Origin: an uncultured virus (IMG/VR IMGVR_UViG_3300011867_000002)
Taxonomy: Duplodnaviria > Heunggongvirae > Uroviricota > Caudoviricetes
Virus record (IMG/VR): IMGVR_UViG_3300011867_000002
Coordinates: 186,001 to 221,460 of that record
DNA length: 35,460 bases
Reading direction: 5' to 3' (one strand)
Shown here piece after piece: positions 8,353 through 17,954 of the stretch. Position numbers and translations under genes: made by a program. The notes beneath the pieces are model-generated. The model was not told the DNA's origin, searched no databases, and saw only the letters and a list, made by a program, of their open reading frames with translations. How positions within the stretch are numbered: position 1 is the first letter of the stretch; each line of letters opens with the position of its first letter.

Positions 8353-8988
8353 TCAGATGAAGGGGTTCTTGGCGGTGAACTCGTTATGGTAGAGCGAGGT
8401 CACGCGCGCTTCTTCTTCTTCGGTACGTTTGCCATATGGCGCCGAGATGATGTCGGTGAAGCCTTCCGGCAGCGGTGGCATGGCAGCATTCATGTCGTCC
8501 ACTTCCAGATCGATCTTGCACCAGTCGTAGTACTGCTTCGCGCCAGGCTGGCTGTCGTGCTTCAGGTACATGTCGACTTCGTAGACACGATCGTCCGTAC
8601 CGTTTTCACCCACTGGGAAGTGGTAGCGATCCTTGCGCATGCCGTTTTCCGACATGATGCGGAACTGTTGGAACACCGCTTCCGACACTGGCAGTGTGAC
8701 CTCGATGCTACCGCCGGACTGGGGGTCCTTGGTTTTCGAGGTCATGGTGTATTCTGGCGGGAAGCCTTCACGCACCGTCTTGCGGATACGAACGCGACCG
8801 GAACCGGCGTTCTTGTCGGTCTTGGGGAATTTCAGTTCCCACTGTTCGTGGTGCTCCATGCTTTTCGCGTTGGCGAGGAAAGCAGGGTCGGTAAGGCGGG
8901 CGTACAGCACGTGCTCGGTTTCGATGTGGGCTTTGCCATCTGCCACATCTTCCAGCGCAATGCGCAGTTTGGACGAGAGATTATTCAT
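8353..8988 (-). CDS. CYTH / triphosphate-tunnel metalloenzyme-like protein
   Basis: N-terminal ExE (IETEH), RVRIRK, MTSK, IEV, RKDRYHF, YEVDMY and DLEV follow the CYTH motif order. Confidence 0.78.
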   Translation of the reverse strand: MNNLSSKLRIALEDVADGKAHIETEHVLYARLTDPAFLANAKSMEHHEQWELKFPKTDKNAGSGRVRIRKTVREGFPPEYTMTSKTKDPQSGGSIEVTLPVSEAVFQQFRIMSENGMRKDRYHFPVGENGTDDRVYEVDMYLKHDSQPGAKQYYDWCKIDLEVDDMNAAMPPLPEGFTDIISAPYGKRTEEEEARVTSLYHNEFTAKNPFI

Positions 8989-9003
8989 ACGAGAATCCTT
9001 GGG

Positions 9004-9492
9004 TTATTTGAGGCCGAAGACCAACTTGGCGATCTCCACGATATTGGTCATGGCCGAGGTAAAGACGCTGGAATCAGCACCCACGCCTTTAGCGACCACG
9101 GAGGCAAACGTGGCGACCATAATCAATAGGATAGATGACAGCAAGATGCCACAGAGCTTAATCATCCAGTGGCGGTTTCGTCGTTCTTCGATCTGCGCTT
9201 CAGGTTCAGTGGTGACAGCAGGCACGACGACTGGAGCGGGTACCGCAACGCCATGGAGGGTGTCGCAATACTTCTTCAAGAGCGTGACTTGGATTTCTGG
9301 TTTCAGGCGCCGCAAGGCTTCCTTGAATTCAGCTCCGGTCATGATGCTGCTGACATTGACCAAGGTGGCGTCGTCAAACGTGTAGTGCTGGTAACCTTCT
9401 ACCAGTTCACGCAGTGCTGAGGACTTCTCCATGCGCTCAACGACCCGCTCCGTATCGTTGATGCGAAACAGCACTGCTTCTAAGAGGGCCAT
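9004..9492 (-). CDS. Membrane protein with C-terminal TM helices, adjacent to spanins (possible lysis accessory)
   Basis: WMIKLCGILLSSILLIMVATFASVV TM plus a second amphipathic/TM segment. Abuts the o-spanin stop. Confidence 0.7.
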   Translation of the reverse strand: MALLEAVLFRINDTERVVERMEKSSALRELVEGYQHYTFDDATLVNVSSIMTGAEFKEALRRLKPEIQVTLLKKYCDTLHGVAVPAPVVVPAVTTEPEAQIEERRNRHWMIKLCGILLSSILLIMVATFASVVAKGVGADSSVFTSAMTNIVEIAKLVFGLK

Positions 9493-9810
9493 TTAGGGCG
9501 CCTCTTTGGATTTGTCGTACAACGCCTTTTGCTCTTGGTTCCAGGTTCGCAGGTTTTTCTTGTCCGTGTTGCAGAGCTTGCGGCTGAGTTCTTGCCGGCG
9601 GTACGTTTCCGTCCACATCTCTTCGCGCTGATCCCAGTTTGCAGCCAGATACACCGTCTTTGCTGGTGGCGGAGTGCCGTTGCAGTCTTGCAGCAGGGCT
9701 TCAGGAATCGGTCGGAACACGTATTCGGTTTTGACAGTTGGCTGCTTGGTGCCGCAGCCAGCCAAGAGCGAGAAGAAAGCAAGGACCAACAAAGTACGGA
9801 TGAATTTCAT
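9493..9810 (-). CDS. o-spanin (Rz1-like outer-membrane lipoprotein)
   Basis: Lipobox LLAG-C, Pro-rich RPIPEALLQDC..PPP, second Cys (LCN.DK..LR.W), directly downstream of the i-spanin. Confidence 0.85.
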   Translation of the reverse strand: MKFIRTLLVLAFFSLLAGCGTKQPTVKTEYVFRPIPEALLQDCNGTPPPAKTVYLAANWDQREEMWTETYRRQELSRKLCNTDKKNLRTWNQEQKALYDKSKEAP

Positions 9811-9817
9811 GGCAGTC

Positions 9818-10285
9818 TCACGTGGTAGCAGGGAGGGGGCAAGAAGGAGCGTTGTTATCGCGACAGTATTCTTCCCACACGCTGTCTAAGCGGTTGGAAC
9901 TGATTTCCTGGGCTTCTTGGTATTTGAGCGCGGCAATGTTCTCCGGCTCCGGTGTGGTGGTACTTTGGGCTTTCGCGTCAGCGATGAGCTTTTCGTACTT
10001 GTGGCGAATCGCAGTTTCTTGGACTTTCGATTTGTCTTGGGTGGCTTGACTGGCAGCTTGTACCGCGTTCTTGTCTTCGGCTGCCTTGGCAGTCACCTTG
10101 TCAGTGACCGCATCGCTGGCTTTATCCAGCTTGGTCGACTTTTCGTAACCCCGGATGGTTTCTTGCTGTTCACCCACGGTAGTAGTGAGTGCGCCGATTT
10201 CTTCTGCTTGACCTTTGATGAACCATGCCACGCTGGCGATGGCAACAACAAGCAGGAGTGCGGCTATCGCCTTGGCTTGTGACAT
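9818..10285 (-). CDS. i-spanin (Rz-like inner-membrane protein)
   Basis: N-terminal TM, Ala/Lys/Gln-rich coiled coil, two C-terminal Cys. Confidence 0.8.
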   Translation of the reverse strand: MSQAKAIAALLLVVAIASVAWFIKGQAEEIGALTTTVGEQQETIRGYEKSTKLDKASDAVTDKVTAKAAEDKNAVQAASQATQDKSKVQETAIRHKYEKLIADAKAQSTTTPEPENIAALKYQEAQEISSNRLDSVWEEYCRDNNAPSCPLPATT

Positions 10286-10863
10286 AGTGTTCCCCTGAGA
10301 ATTTCCAAACGCGTCTTTGCTACAGCAATGGCATCAATCGCGTTGTTATCGAGTTGACGCATTGGCGTCTTCCCGATGTAATGAAGAAGTGGCTCCATGG
10401 CGAGGACAGCAGTTTGTACTGCCTCCTTACCGGTTAGCTTTTCCGCTTTCACACCCTTCTTCACAGTTGGGGGATCAATGCGGTACAGCCGGAGCCACGG
10501 GTTGTGGCGCCAGAGCGCCTTGCGAATCATGTACACGACTTCCACCAACACTTCAAAAGCGTTGGGACGGCCGGGGTTAAAGAAGGGCGACTCAGAAGCG
10601 ACGTCGAAGGGGTTATGTCGATCGAAGATAGCAAGCAGCCTTTCCTCGATCGCATCGATGCGCGCAAAGCGCTCACCGTGGATATACCCCAAGAAGCTAT
10701 TCTTCTTCATCAGCTTTTCGCCAACGATGGTAAATGCGTCTGTTGAGACAATCTCCAAGGTCAGCGCGTCGACGGTCATGATACAAACCCCCATAGTCGA
10801 ACTACCGGGGTCGATACCAATGAGCGTCGTCGTTACTGGTGCGCTGTGCGGCATGCGTAACAT
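10264..10863 (-). CDS. ruvC: RuvC-like Holliday junction resolvase
   Basis: LIGIDPGS..MG, VASESPF, P.TVKK.V......K..V, DNNAIDAIAVA catalytic motifs. Confidence 0.92.
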   Translation of the reverse strand: MLRMPHSAPVTTTLIGIDPGSSTMGVCIMTVDALTLEIVSTDAFTIVGEKLMKKNSFLGYIHGERFARIDAIEERLLAIFDRHNPFDVASESPFFNPGRPNAFEVLVEVVYMIRKALWRHNPWLRLYRIDPPTVKKGVKAEKLTGKEAVQTAVLAMEPLLHYIGKTPMRQLDNNAIDAIAVAKTRLEILRGTLCHKPRR

Positions 10864-10879
10864 ACGACGTTCCTTTTAG

Positions 10880-11746
10880 TTAGCCAGCGGCGGCACTGAA
10901 CAGCGGTTCCGTGGTACCAGCGTCGAGCATCATGTCGAAACCGGTCTTCGAGAACTTGGCCGGCACGAAACCTGGCACGAAGGACGCCACTTGCACGCCG
11001 ATCGCTTCGTTGAAGGGAATGGTGGAGTTGCCCGGTGCTGGCGAGTCGACCATCTTGTCCATGCCTTGGCACATGGCGAACTCCGAGATGATGGCGTACT
11101 TGTCGTCACCGAACAGCACCTTGGCCACGTTACGCAGTTCGTTCATGTCGTCGATGTCGAAGTCGACTGGCACTTTGGCCGTGACCGAGATGTAATCGCC
11201 GTCCACGGTATTGACACCGGTGGGCGAGAGTTCTTCTGGCACAGGGTTCAGTACCGAGCTATCCGGCACGTAAGGGGTGATGGTTTTCACGCCGCCGTCG
11301 ATGACCAGGCTTTCGAGCGTCGGGTTGACGTTCGACAGGTTCAGGCGCATCAGGTAGTAAGCGTAGTAACGCACGCCACCGTGTTCTTCTTCTTTACGCA
11401 GCGCGTAGCGAGCACGCTGGGTTGCGGTCAAGTCGTTGGTCTGCTCGCGCAGGACGAACGGCATGATCTTGAATGGCGAGCCATTCGTGGCCTTCTGCTG
11501 GAGTGGATCAGTACCCATGACGCCGTCGGCACCGAGGCTCAGCTTGTGGCCACCATTGCCCACAGCCAGGTAACCCATGAACGGATACACTGGATTGTTG
11601 TTGCCGTCGTAGGTCGGTGGTTTGACAGTTGCTTGGATACCCAGCTTTTCGTTCAGCGTGGTATTGGGCAGCAGGACATACGGGCGGCGCAGCCACATGC
11701 AAGTTTGCAGTTGACCGCCCCAGCAGGTACGCACAATCGCTTCCAT
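10880..11746 (-). CDS. Conserved phiKZ-like virion structural protein (probably gp139-like)
   Basis: NTTLNEK, Y.AVGNGGH, PFVLRE..NDLT..QR..YALR and YYAYY motifs recalled from phiKZ-like virion proteins. Lies next to RuvC. Confidence 0.7.
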   Translation of the reverse strand: MEAIVRTCWGGQLQTCMWLRRPYVLLPNTTLNEKLGIQATVKPPTYDGNNNPVYPFMGYLAVGNGGHKLSLGADGVMGTDPLQQKATNGSPFKIMPFVLREQTNDLTATQRARYALRKEEEHGGVRYYAYYLMRLNLSNVNPTLESLVIDGGVKTITPYVPDSSVLNPVPEELSPTGVNTVDGDYISVTAKVPVDFDIDDMNELRNVAKVLFGDDKYAIISEFAMCQGMDKMVDSPAPGNSTIPFNEAIGVQVASFVPGFVPAKFSKTGFDMMLDAGTTEPLFSAAAG

Positions 11747-11838
11747 GGTAATTCCTTTTTTTCAAATGTTGGTAACGGCAAAACAGCCTAGTTACAAGAT
11801 ATTCCAGCAATGTTTTTTATTCCATCGCTGGTGTTAAA

Positions 11839-14145
11839 TTAGCTTTGCTGATCAGGGTCGTATTTCAAACCGCTCAGAACTTTCTGGAACAAGACGTTTT
11901 CGATGTCGTCCGGATCAGCGTACGTCGATGCTGGTTGTATCGGCGGCAGGCCCGTGTCGTACATGTCGATCACGTCCATGCGCTGCTCTAAAGGCAACGC
12001 CAGCCAATCATTCAAACCAAAGACCGGTACCAGCCCTGCGTCGTTCGGCGGCAATGGTTCTGCAAAGCGCAAACGTGCTGTTGGAATCTCGAACACGATC
12101 CGGGTCGAGCGGCCATGGTCGGCCACGTTCATACGCGCACTAGGCGAGACATCGACTTCGCCACCATGGGTCTTGACCGACAAGACATCCTTGTTGGCAG
12201 GCAAGTTGATTTCAAAGAGCACCGTGTCCATCTGGCGCACCGTGACATCCTGGATGATGGCTTCCGCGTCTTGCAGTTCTTGGTGGTCAAAGTTCATTGC
12301 GGTGTCCACCCCGAAACGAATCATCGGAGTATCCATCACGATCAAGTCGCCACTATTGACTTCGGCATTGACTTGCACGCTATAACTACTGAGGCCGCGG
12401 AACAAGCCAACCATAGCGCGCTGGATCACCTTGATTGGCACCTTGGCGTGGAGCGACAGGCCCGTAGCATCTTGGATGATCGCTTGGTACATGCTTTCAA
12501 AGTCCGCCTCGTTAAAGCTCGTGAGGTCGATGTTCTTTTGCGACAGCCAAGTTGTGTACCGCGTTTCCGTGTCTGCCAATGGACACCGGGTGTCACAGTA
12601 GATACGAGCCGACATGTTTTGCATCATGCCACGTTTGACCGGATGTTCTTGCAACGCCATCATGCCGCGTTGGAGTTGCTCAGCGGCGTAAATTTCCGAA
12701 CAGACGTTGTAAAACGCCTCGGTCGAAATCATCCGATCCAGTTTGGGTTGCTGGGAGAGGAGCAAGACAGCTTCGTCACGCGTTACCATGCTCTTGTCTA
12801 CCACCGACAGCAAATCATCCGCAGACGGCGTAGGGAGTCGCTGGACGCGCTGTGCCAAGGGCGCAGGTACATACTCCAACTCGAACCCGCAGGCCCTTGC
12901 AAAGGCGTAGCACGCAAGCGCAAACGCATCCTTAACGCTGATCGAAAACTTGCTGTCATTACGCGGGTTGGTGACTTCGATGAAAGCCCGGTAAATCTCC
13001 TTGCTGGCAAGGTAAGGCCAGTGACCCATCAACACGTCAAGCATGGTGTACGGTGTACCGTCACCGTAGTCGATCACGGTCGACTCCAAGAACTTGGTCA
13101 TCAAGACATTTGACGACGAGTTCTCCATCGCTGTCTGAATGACCGGCAAGACATCTTGTTTGACGATCTTGTTCGAGCGTGCAAATTGGTCTTGCTTGTC
13201 TAAGATTTCTTCCAAGGTCAAGACGGTGGGGACCAAAGACGCATCTTCAAAGTTCAGCGTCTTCTTGCGGAACATCAGTTCCGGGTACACCTTGTTTGGC
13301 AACTCCAGCACGTTGTGTCGCATGGTGTATTCCGCCAACGGCAGATTACGCTTACTCAAGAGGTTGGCCATCAGGCGGTCAAAGTTCTCTTGCTTGCCCA
13401 CGTTGTTGAGCAGGTACTCGATGTTGCGGTACAGCCAGAGCGATTGTTCGAGCGTCAGGTAATCAACGTGATTCTCGTCCAAGCCGTGGCTGACCAAATA
13501 CTTCTTCACATGGAAGCTGTGGGCTTCATTGGTTTTGCACGCAGCGCGACGCAGTGTCTCAATGACTGGGATCAGGTAAGCGTACATGATCCCCATCCAC
13601 GTCGTGGTGTAGAGTGGGTCGGTGATCGTAAAGCCACGCACTACCCAACGGGCCATGAAACCATTAATCCACTCTTGCAGTTTGGCGATCAGGTTGTATT
13701 CGTTCTCTTCCACCAAGTTTGGTGGAAAGCCCAAGATCGCGCCATCGTTTGCGTTGATCGCTGTCGTTTTATCGACCGGATACAAAATCCCCAGGATCAG
13801 TTTCTCTTGATCGGGATACATCGTGACGAGTTCGGCATATTGACGCGTGCCGTAAACATAGCCGCGGGCAGTGGCCCGGTGTATCTTGAGGTTCTCTTTC
13901 GAAAACACAATTATTTCCTGCGTATCCATTGATACGACAGTCATGATTTGGTCGGTTGGATGGTACTCACCCGCCAAGTGCATGTAGTACTTCCAAGTTT
14001 CTGGTGCATAACTGTCGAGGACGATCGGTCCATGCAGTTCCACCAAACGCTGGTTAATTGAGTTGGCAGCGGCTACCGATTTAATCACAATCGTTTCTGC
14101 CAGCTGCGCCACTTTATCGATATACAGCCGGTATCTGTTGTCCAT
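11839..14145 (-). CDS. Virion structural protein (phiKZ gp128-like, probable baseplate/tail component)
   Basis: 768 aa, TWKYY.HLAGEYH..D and CKTNEAHSFHV..YL.SHG motifs, divergent from the portal gene. Confidence 0.72.
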   Translation of the reverse strand: MDNRYRLYIDKVAQLAETIVIKSVAAANSINQRLVELHGPIVLDSYAPETWKYYMHLAGEYHPTDQIMTVVSMDTQEIIVFSKENLKIHRATARGYVYGTRQYAELVTMYPDQEKLILGILYPVDKTTAINANDGAILGFPPNLVEENEYNLIAKLQEWINGFMARWVVRGFTITDPLYTTTWMGIMYAYLIPVIETLRRAACKTNEAHSFHVKKYLVSHGLDENHVDYLTLEQSLWLYRNIEYLLNNVGKQENFDRLMANLLSKRNLPLAEYTMRHNVLELPNKVYPELMFRKKTLNFEDASLVPTVLTLEEILDKQDQFARSNKIVKQDVLPVIQTAMENSSSNVLMTKFLESTVIDYGDGTPYTMLDVLMGHWPYLASKEIYRAFIEVTNPRNDSKFSISVKDAFALACYAFARACGFELEYVPAPLAQRVQRLPTPSADDLLSVVDKSMVTRDEAVLLLSQQPKLDRMISTEAFYNVCSEIYAAEQLQRGMMALQEHPVKRGMMQNMSARIYCDTRCPLADTETRYTTWLSQKNIDLTSFNEADFESMYQAIIQDATGLSLHAKVPIKVIQRAMVGLFRGLSSYSVQVNAEVNSGDLIVMDTPMIRFGVDTAMNFDHQELQDAEAIIQDVTVRQMDTVLFEINLPANKDVLSVKTHGGEVDVSPSARMNVADHGRSTRIVFEIPTARLRFAEPLPPNDAGLVPVFGLNDWLALPLEQRMDVIDMYDTGLPPIQPASTYADPDDIENVLFQKVLSGLKYDPDQQS

Positions 14146-14181
14146 CGGAAAAATATCTCCAAGAAAGTAAGAGGCTTAAAG

Positions 14182-16974
14182 ATGTCCAAAGAATCGTTTA
14201 GCAAAGCACTACAAGCGTCGCGGGAAAATGATTGGACGCCCCTGCTCAACATCGTGCGGGACGACCCACAACGCGCAGCACTCGTGAGTAAGCTCAACAC
14301 GGCTCCTCACACCAAAAACGCCTCGGTAGCAACCGATGCGCACCAGACACTGCCTGACATTCAGAAAATGCGCAGCCTGTCCGACCGTACGGCAAACAAC
14401 ATTGCCGACGCGGAAACGGTCATGGAAGTCATGCCCGAGATGGATTTGGCCAAGGAAATCCTGATTGGCGCCATCATCGCGCCGAAAGACATGATGACCT
14501 GCGAACTCACCTACAAGGGTGGCGACGGCATTATTGCCGCCGATGTGGCAGCGTCTATGTGCGGGGAAATCAAGGAACATTTTAAGAATAACTATAAAAT
14601 AGAGTCCCAGTTGGCCGAGATACTGCGGGATATTTTCTTCCGTACCGGTAGCTGGGTCTACGCTGTGATTCCTGAGAACTCGGTTGACCAACTGATTAAC
14701 GGCACTGGCAAGATTACGCTGGAATCCTTGACCGAATCGATCGACCGCAACGGCGAAGTCAAGGCGCGCGGCTTACTCGGCAATGCAGTCAAACGCAAAC
14801 CACGCGAAGCAGCCACCCGTCCTGGCCTGTCCCTCGAAGCCTTCGAAACTGTCCAGCGCGAAGACTACGATCCAAAAGTCATCTTGGATCGTCACGAGGG
14901 CGCGGGACTGGACGCCATGGTCTCGGTATATGACAACCCAGATTCGCTCAAGATTCCTGACCTGCATCGTCGTCTGCGTGAACAACGCGTGACCGAAATG
15001 GTGAATGCCGGTAGCGCTGTGGCCCGTGCTACCCAAACTGCCGTCTACTCGGCAGAAGCGCACCACCAGATTACCCAACGCGAATTGGCCAGTCAGATTT
15101 TCAAGTCGCCAGAATACGCGTATCGTCCGATGGTGCGGGTACATACCCAAGACCAATTGGCACGCCGCGCCATCGGTAATCCTCTGGTCTTGCACCTGCC
15201 GTCGGAATCGGTGTTGCCTGTCTTCGTGCCAGGTAAGCCAGAAGAACACATCGGTTACTTCGTGCTCTTGGATGCTGAAGGCAACCCGATCTCGAAGATC
15301 GACCGCGATGATCAGTACCGCCAGTTGACCAACCGCTTCAACAACAACGATAGCTTTGCCTCGAACATGATTGGCAAAGTGAAGAACCAGATCGATGGTG
15401 ACTTCAATCGTTTCAACCAAGGTCACCTGGACATCAGTGCCCGTGTGTTCGGCGAACTGATGGAGCAAGAACTGGTGATGCGCCTGAACAACAGCGAAGC
15501 ATATGGCAGCAGCCTTGCAGTTGCCAAGCAAGAAGAAGTCTACCGCATCATGCTCGCTCGTCGTATGGCCAAGCAGCACACCCAGCTGCTGTTCCTGCCC
15601 GTTGAGCTGACGACGTACTTCGCGGTGCGTCACAACGAGAACGGCATCGGTGTCTCGATCCTCGATCGGATGAAAACGCTCAGCAGCCTACGCATGATGA
15701 CGATGTTCGCCAACGTCGCAGCTTCGATGAAGAACTCGATCGGTCGTACCGCCGTTACCCTGAAGTTTGACGAAGACGATCCTGATCCAGAACGCTCGTT
15801 CGAAATCATGGTGCACGAATTCATGCGTACTCGTCAAGGTGCGCTCCCGGTGGGTCTTAGCACCCCGGCCGACATCACGGACTGGATGACTCGTGCTGGT
15901 TTCGAATTCATCCCAGAAGGCAACCCCAACTTGCCAGACGTGAAAGTCGACGTGCAACAAAAGTCGGACCAGTACACCAAACCTGACCCGGACTTGGAAG
16001 AACGTCTGCGGAAAAACCACATCATGGGCTTCGGCGTGAGTCCTGAGCAAGTTGACGCGTCGTACAACGCCGACTTCGCCACGGTGGCTAATCACAACAA
16101 CTTGATGCTGTCCAAGCGGGCGCTCCAGCACCAAGAAACGATCACCCCGTTCCTGACCGATCATCATCGCAAGGTGATTCAGAACACGGAAGGCTTGCTG
16201 CGTAAGCTTGCTGAGATCGTTGGCAACAACATCGAAAAGATCAAGGAAGACTGGTTGAAAGACCAGAGCGGCAACAAAATCGACTTCACCACCGAAGAAG
16301 GCAAGCAACACCGTGGTCTCTTGATTGCGGAAGTCTTGAAACAATTCATCCGCAGTTTCGAAGTCTCGCTGCCGTCGCCCAATACGGCGTCGCTGACCAA
16401 CCAGTTGGCAGCCTTGACCGAGTACGAATCCATCATCGACAAAGCACTGGATGCATGGATTCCGCGCGAAGGTTTGACCTCGGACTTGGCAGGCGAAGTC
16501 AGCAGCCAATTCGACGCACTGAAGGCGCTCGTCAAAGGGCACTACATGCGTAAGTACATGGTGGAAAACGGCATCTTGCCAGAACTGTCGGAACTCACCA
16601 CCAAAGACGAAGCAGGTAAGCCAATGCTCGACTTGTACCAAGCACAGAAAGACCACATCCAAGCGCTGTCTGCTTCGATGACGGGCTTGCTCAAAGCGGT
16701 GCAACCACAGAACGACGTGGTCAATGAAGTCATCGGTGAAATCGGCGGGGTAGACGCACAAGCGTCGAATGATACCCAGCAGGACGATACCGGTGGCGGT
16801 AATGACGACGGTGGATTCAACGAACTTGACTTAGGGAGCGACAATGACAACCCACTCGAAGCGCCCGCTGACAACACCGCACCAGTTGAAGGGGAAGACC
16901 CAGACGCCCCTGAAGCAAAAGAACCTCAATCTGGCAGCGATACGGATGACACGACCAAGGACGACCAAACCTAA
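14182..16974 (+). CDS. Portal protein (phiKZ gp129-like)
   Basis: 930 aa, size and synteny, LPSESVLPVFVPG.PEEH.GYFVLLD..GNP motif, SLE/TLE protease-type sites, acidic disordered C-tail. Confidence 0.78.
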   Translation: MSKESFSKALQASRENDWTPLLNIVRDDPQRAALVSKLNTAPHTKNASVATDAHQTLPDIQKMRSLSDRTANNIADAETVMEVMPEMDLAKEILIGAIIAPKDMMTCELTYKGGDGIIAADVAASMCGEIKEHFKNNYKIESQLAEILRDIFFRTGSWVYAVIPENSVDQLINGTGKITLESLTESIDRNGEVKARGLLGNAVKRKPREAATRPGLSLEAFETVQREDYDPKVILDRHEGAGLDAMVSVYDNPDSLKIPDLHRRLREQRVTEMVNAGSAVARATQTAVYSAEAHHQITQRELASQIFKSPEYAYRPMVRVHTQDQLARRAIGNPLVLHLPSESVLPVFVPGKPEEHIGYFVLLDAEGNPISKIDRDDQYRQLTNRFNNNDSFASNMIGKVKNQIDGDFNRFNQGHLDISARVFGELMEQELVMRLNNSEAYGSSLAVAKQEEVYRIMLARRMAKQHTQLLFLPVELTTYFAVRHNENGIGVSILDRMKTLSSLRMMTMFANVAASMKNSIGRTAVTLKFDEDDPDPERSFEIMVHEFMRTRQGALPVGLSTPADITDWMTRAGFEFIPEGNPNLPDVKVDVQQKSDQYTKPDPDLEERLRKNHIMGFGVSPEQVDASYNADFATVANHNNLMLSKRALQHQETITPFLTDHHRKVIQNTEGLLRKLAEIVGNNIEKIKEDWLKDQSGNKIDFTTEEGKQHRGLLIAEVLKQFIRSFEVSLPSPNTASLTNQLAALTEYESIIDKALDAWIPREGLTSDLAGEVSSQFDALKALVKGHYMRKYMVENGILPELSELTTKDEAGKPMLDLYQAQKDHIQALSASMTGLLKAVQPQNDVVNEVIGEIGGVDAQASNDTQQDDTGGGNDDGGFNELDLGSDNDNPLEAPADNTAPVEGEDPDAPEAKEPQSGSDTDDTTKDDQT

Positions 16975-17022
16975 GGCCGATAAACCCGTGTAAGCCAAAG
17001 AAAAAAGGTACTGTAAGACTAC

Positions 17023-17081
17023 TACCCCACCTGCACCCTTCTCCCCTAAGAAAGGGAGCGGTGCAGGTGGGGTATATGCCG
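17023..17081 (+). terminator. Long hairpin + TATGCCG after the portal gene
   Basis: TACCCCACCTGCACC/GGTGCAGGTGGGGTA 15-bp stem, no U-tract. Confidence 0.7.
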
Positions 17082-17095
17082 CAAAGTTAAGAACA

Positions 17096-17126
17096 CGGAA
17101 TAAAAGGGAAAGCCGAAGCTTTCCCT
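17096..17126 (-). terminator. Hairpin (cUUCGg) + TTTATTCCG ending the paralog array
   Basis: Minus strand AGGGAAAGC-TTCG-GCTTTCCCT-TTTATTCCG. Confidence 0.8.
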
Positions 17127-17227
17127 GTGTCTCATGGGGAAACTACACGGATACGTAACCGCATCTCTCTTGTAGACCATTAGAAACTTTCAGGATGTTT
17201 TTGATAGGGAACAATTTCGCGTATAGC

Positions 17228-17530
17228 TCAATTGTAGGTACTCCTGTGCGTAGTGGGTTTCCCTTCACTAAAAGAACCATCGTAGGTTCGTACTTTCACT
17301 TCCTGAATGACAACGTGGGTGTCGAAGAAATGCGGGGCACCTTGCACGATGGTCTCAAACAAGCTAAGAGAACACTCGGGCAACTTGACATCCACACCTT
17401 TTTCGTCGACCACATCTACACCAGAAAAGCCATTGTCGCGCAAGGCTCGGTCAATCAACAAGGCAGCAGTCTGACGCGTCTCGGGACTCGCGCCTGTCAA
17501 TATAACGGAAAAGTCAGCTATACTTAACAT
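17228..17530 (-). CDS. Paralog family A member 8 (100 aa)
   Basis: SVILTG...LIDRALRDNGFSGV...SLFETIVQGAPHFF, RBS AAGGAG. Confidence 0.8.
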   Translation of the reverse strand: MLSIADFSVILTGASPETRQTAALLIDRALRDNGFSGVDVVDEKGVDVKLPECSLSLFETIVQGAPHFFDTHVVIQEVKVRTYDGSFSEGKPTTHRSTYN

Positions 17531-17545
17531 GGTAGGCTCCTTGGT

Positions 17546-17890
17546 TTACTCATCGAAGTACTCGACTTCGAGTTCTGCATCCGTCGGTTCATCATCGTCG
17601 TCAGGACGATCTGCACTTTCAAACACAGTGACTTCTTCCAATACTGGGCCATCTCGAAAGATGGTGATACCCGCTAAATCCAGTAATGGGTTGTTCTCTT
17701 TGGCTGTCTTAAACATCTCAGCGATCGGAGGACCTGCAAGATCATCACCAAATTGGCTGATGACTTCCATGTGACTTACACCAATGTTTTTTAGTGCATC
17801 GGCAATCAAACGACAGATAAAGGTGTTACTTGCGCGTTCAGGGCCTCTTACTTCGATCTTGAGTTCTTCAACTTCCATGTCGTTTGCCAT
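17546..17890 (-). CDS. Paralog family A member 7 (114 aa, divergent, acidic tail)
   Basis: KIEVRG...LIADALKNIGVSHM...ENNPLL, RBS GGAG. Confidence 0.78.
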   Translation of the reverse strand: MANDMEVEELKIEVRGPERASNTFICRLIADALKNIGVSHMEVISQFGDDLAGPPIAEMFKTAKENNPLLDLAGITIFRDGPVLEEVTVFESADRPDDDDEPTDAELEVEYFDE

Positions 17891-17918
17891 GATAGACTCC
17901 GTGGATCAAACTGTAACT

Positions 17919-17941
17919 GGAAACTTCGTAAGGATGTATTG
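17919..17941 (-). promoter_or_regulatory. Candidate promoter/operator motif (CAATACATCCTTACGAAGTTTCC)
   Basis: 17/23 identical to the intergenic copy at 21250-21272. Confidence 0.4.
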
Positions 17942-17954
17942 CTTTGGTGGCTGA

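Noticed and set aside
17132..17164. 10-codon ORF MRLRIRVVSP as a remnant ninth family A gene
   Set aside because: Too short to show homology, and the purine run abuts the ATG with no RBS spacing.
16980..17227. Structured intergenic region as a tRNA or ncRNA
   Set aside because: No cloverleaf or T-loop consensus. The two hairpins are explained as terminators of convergent units.
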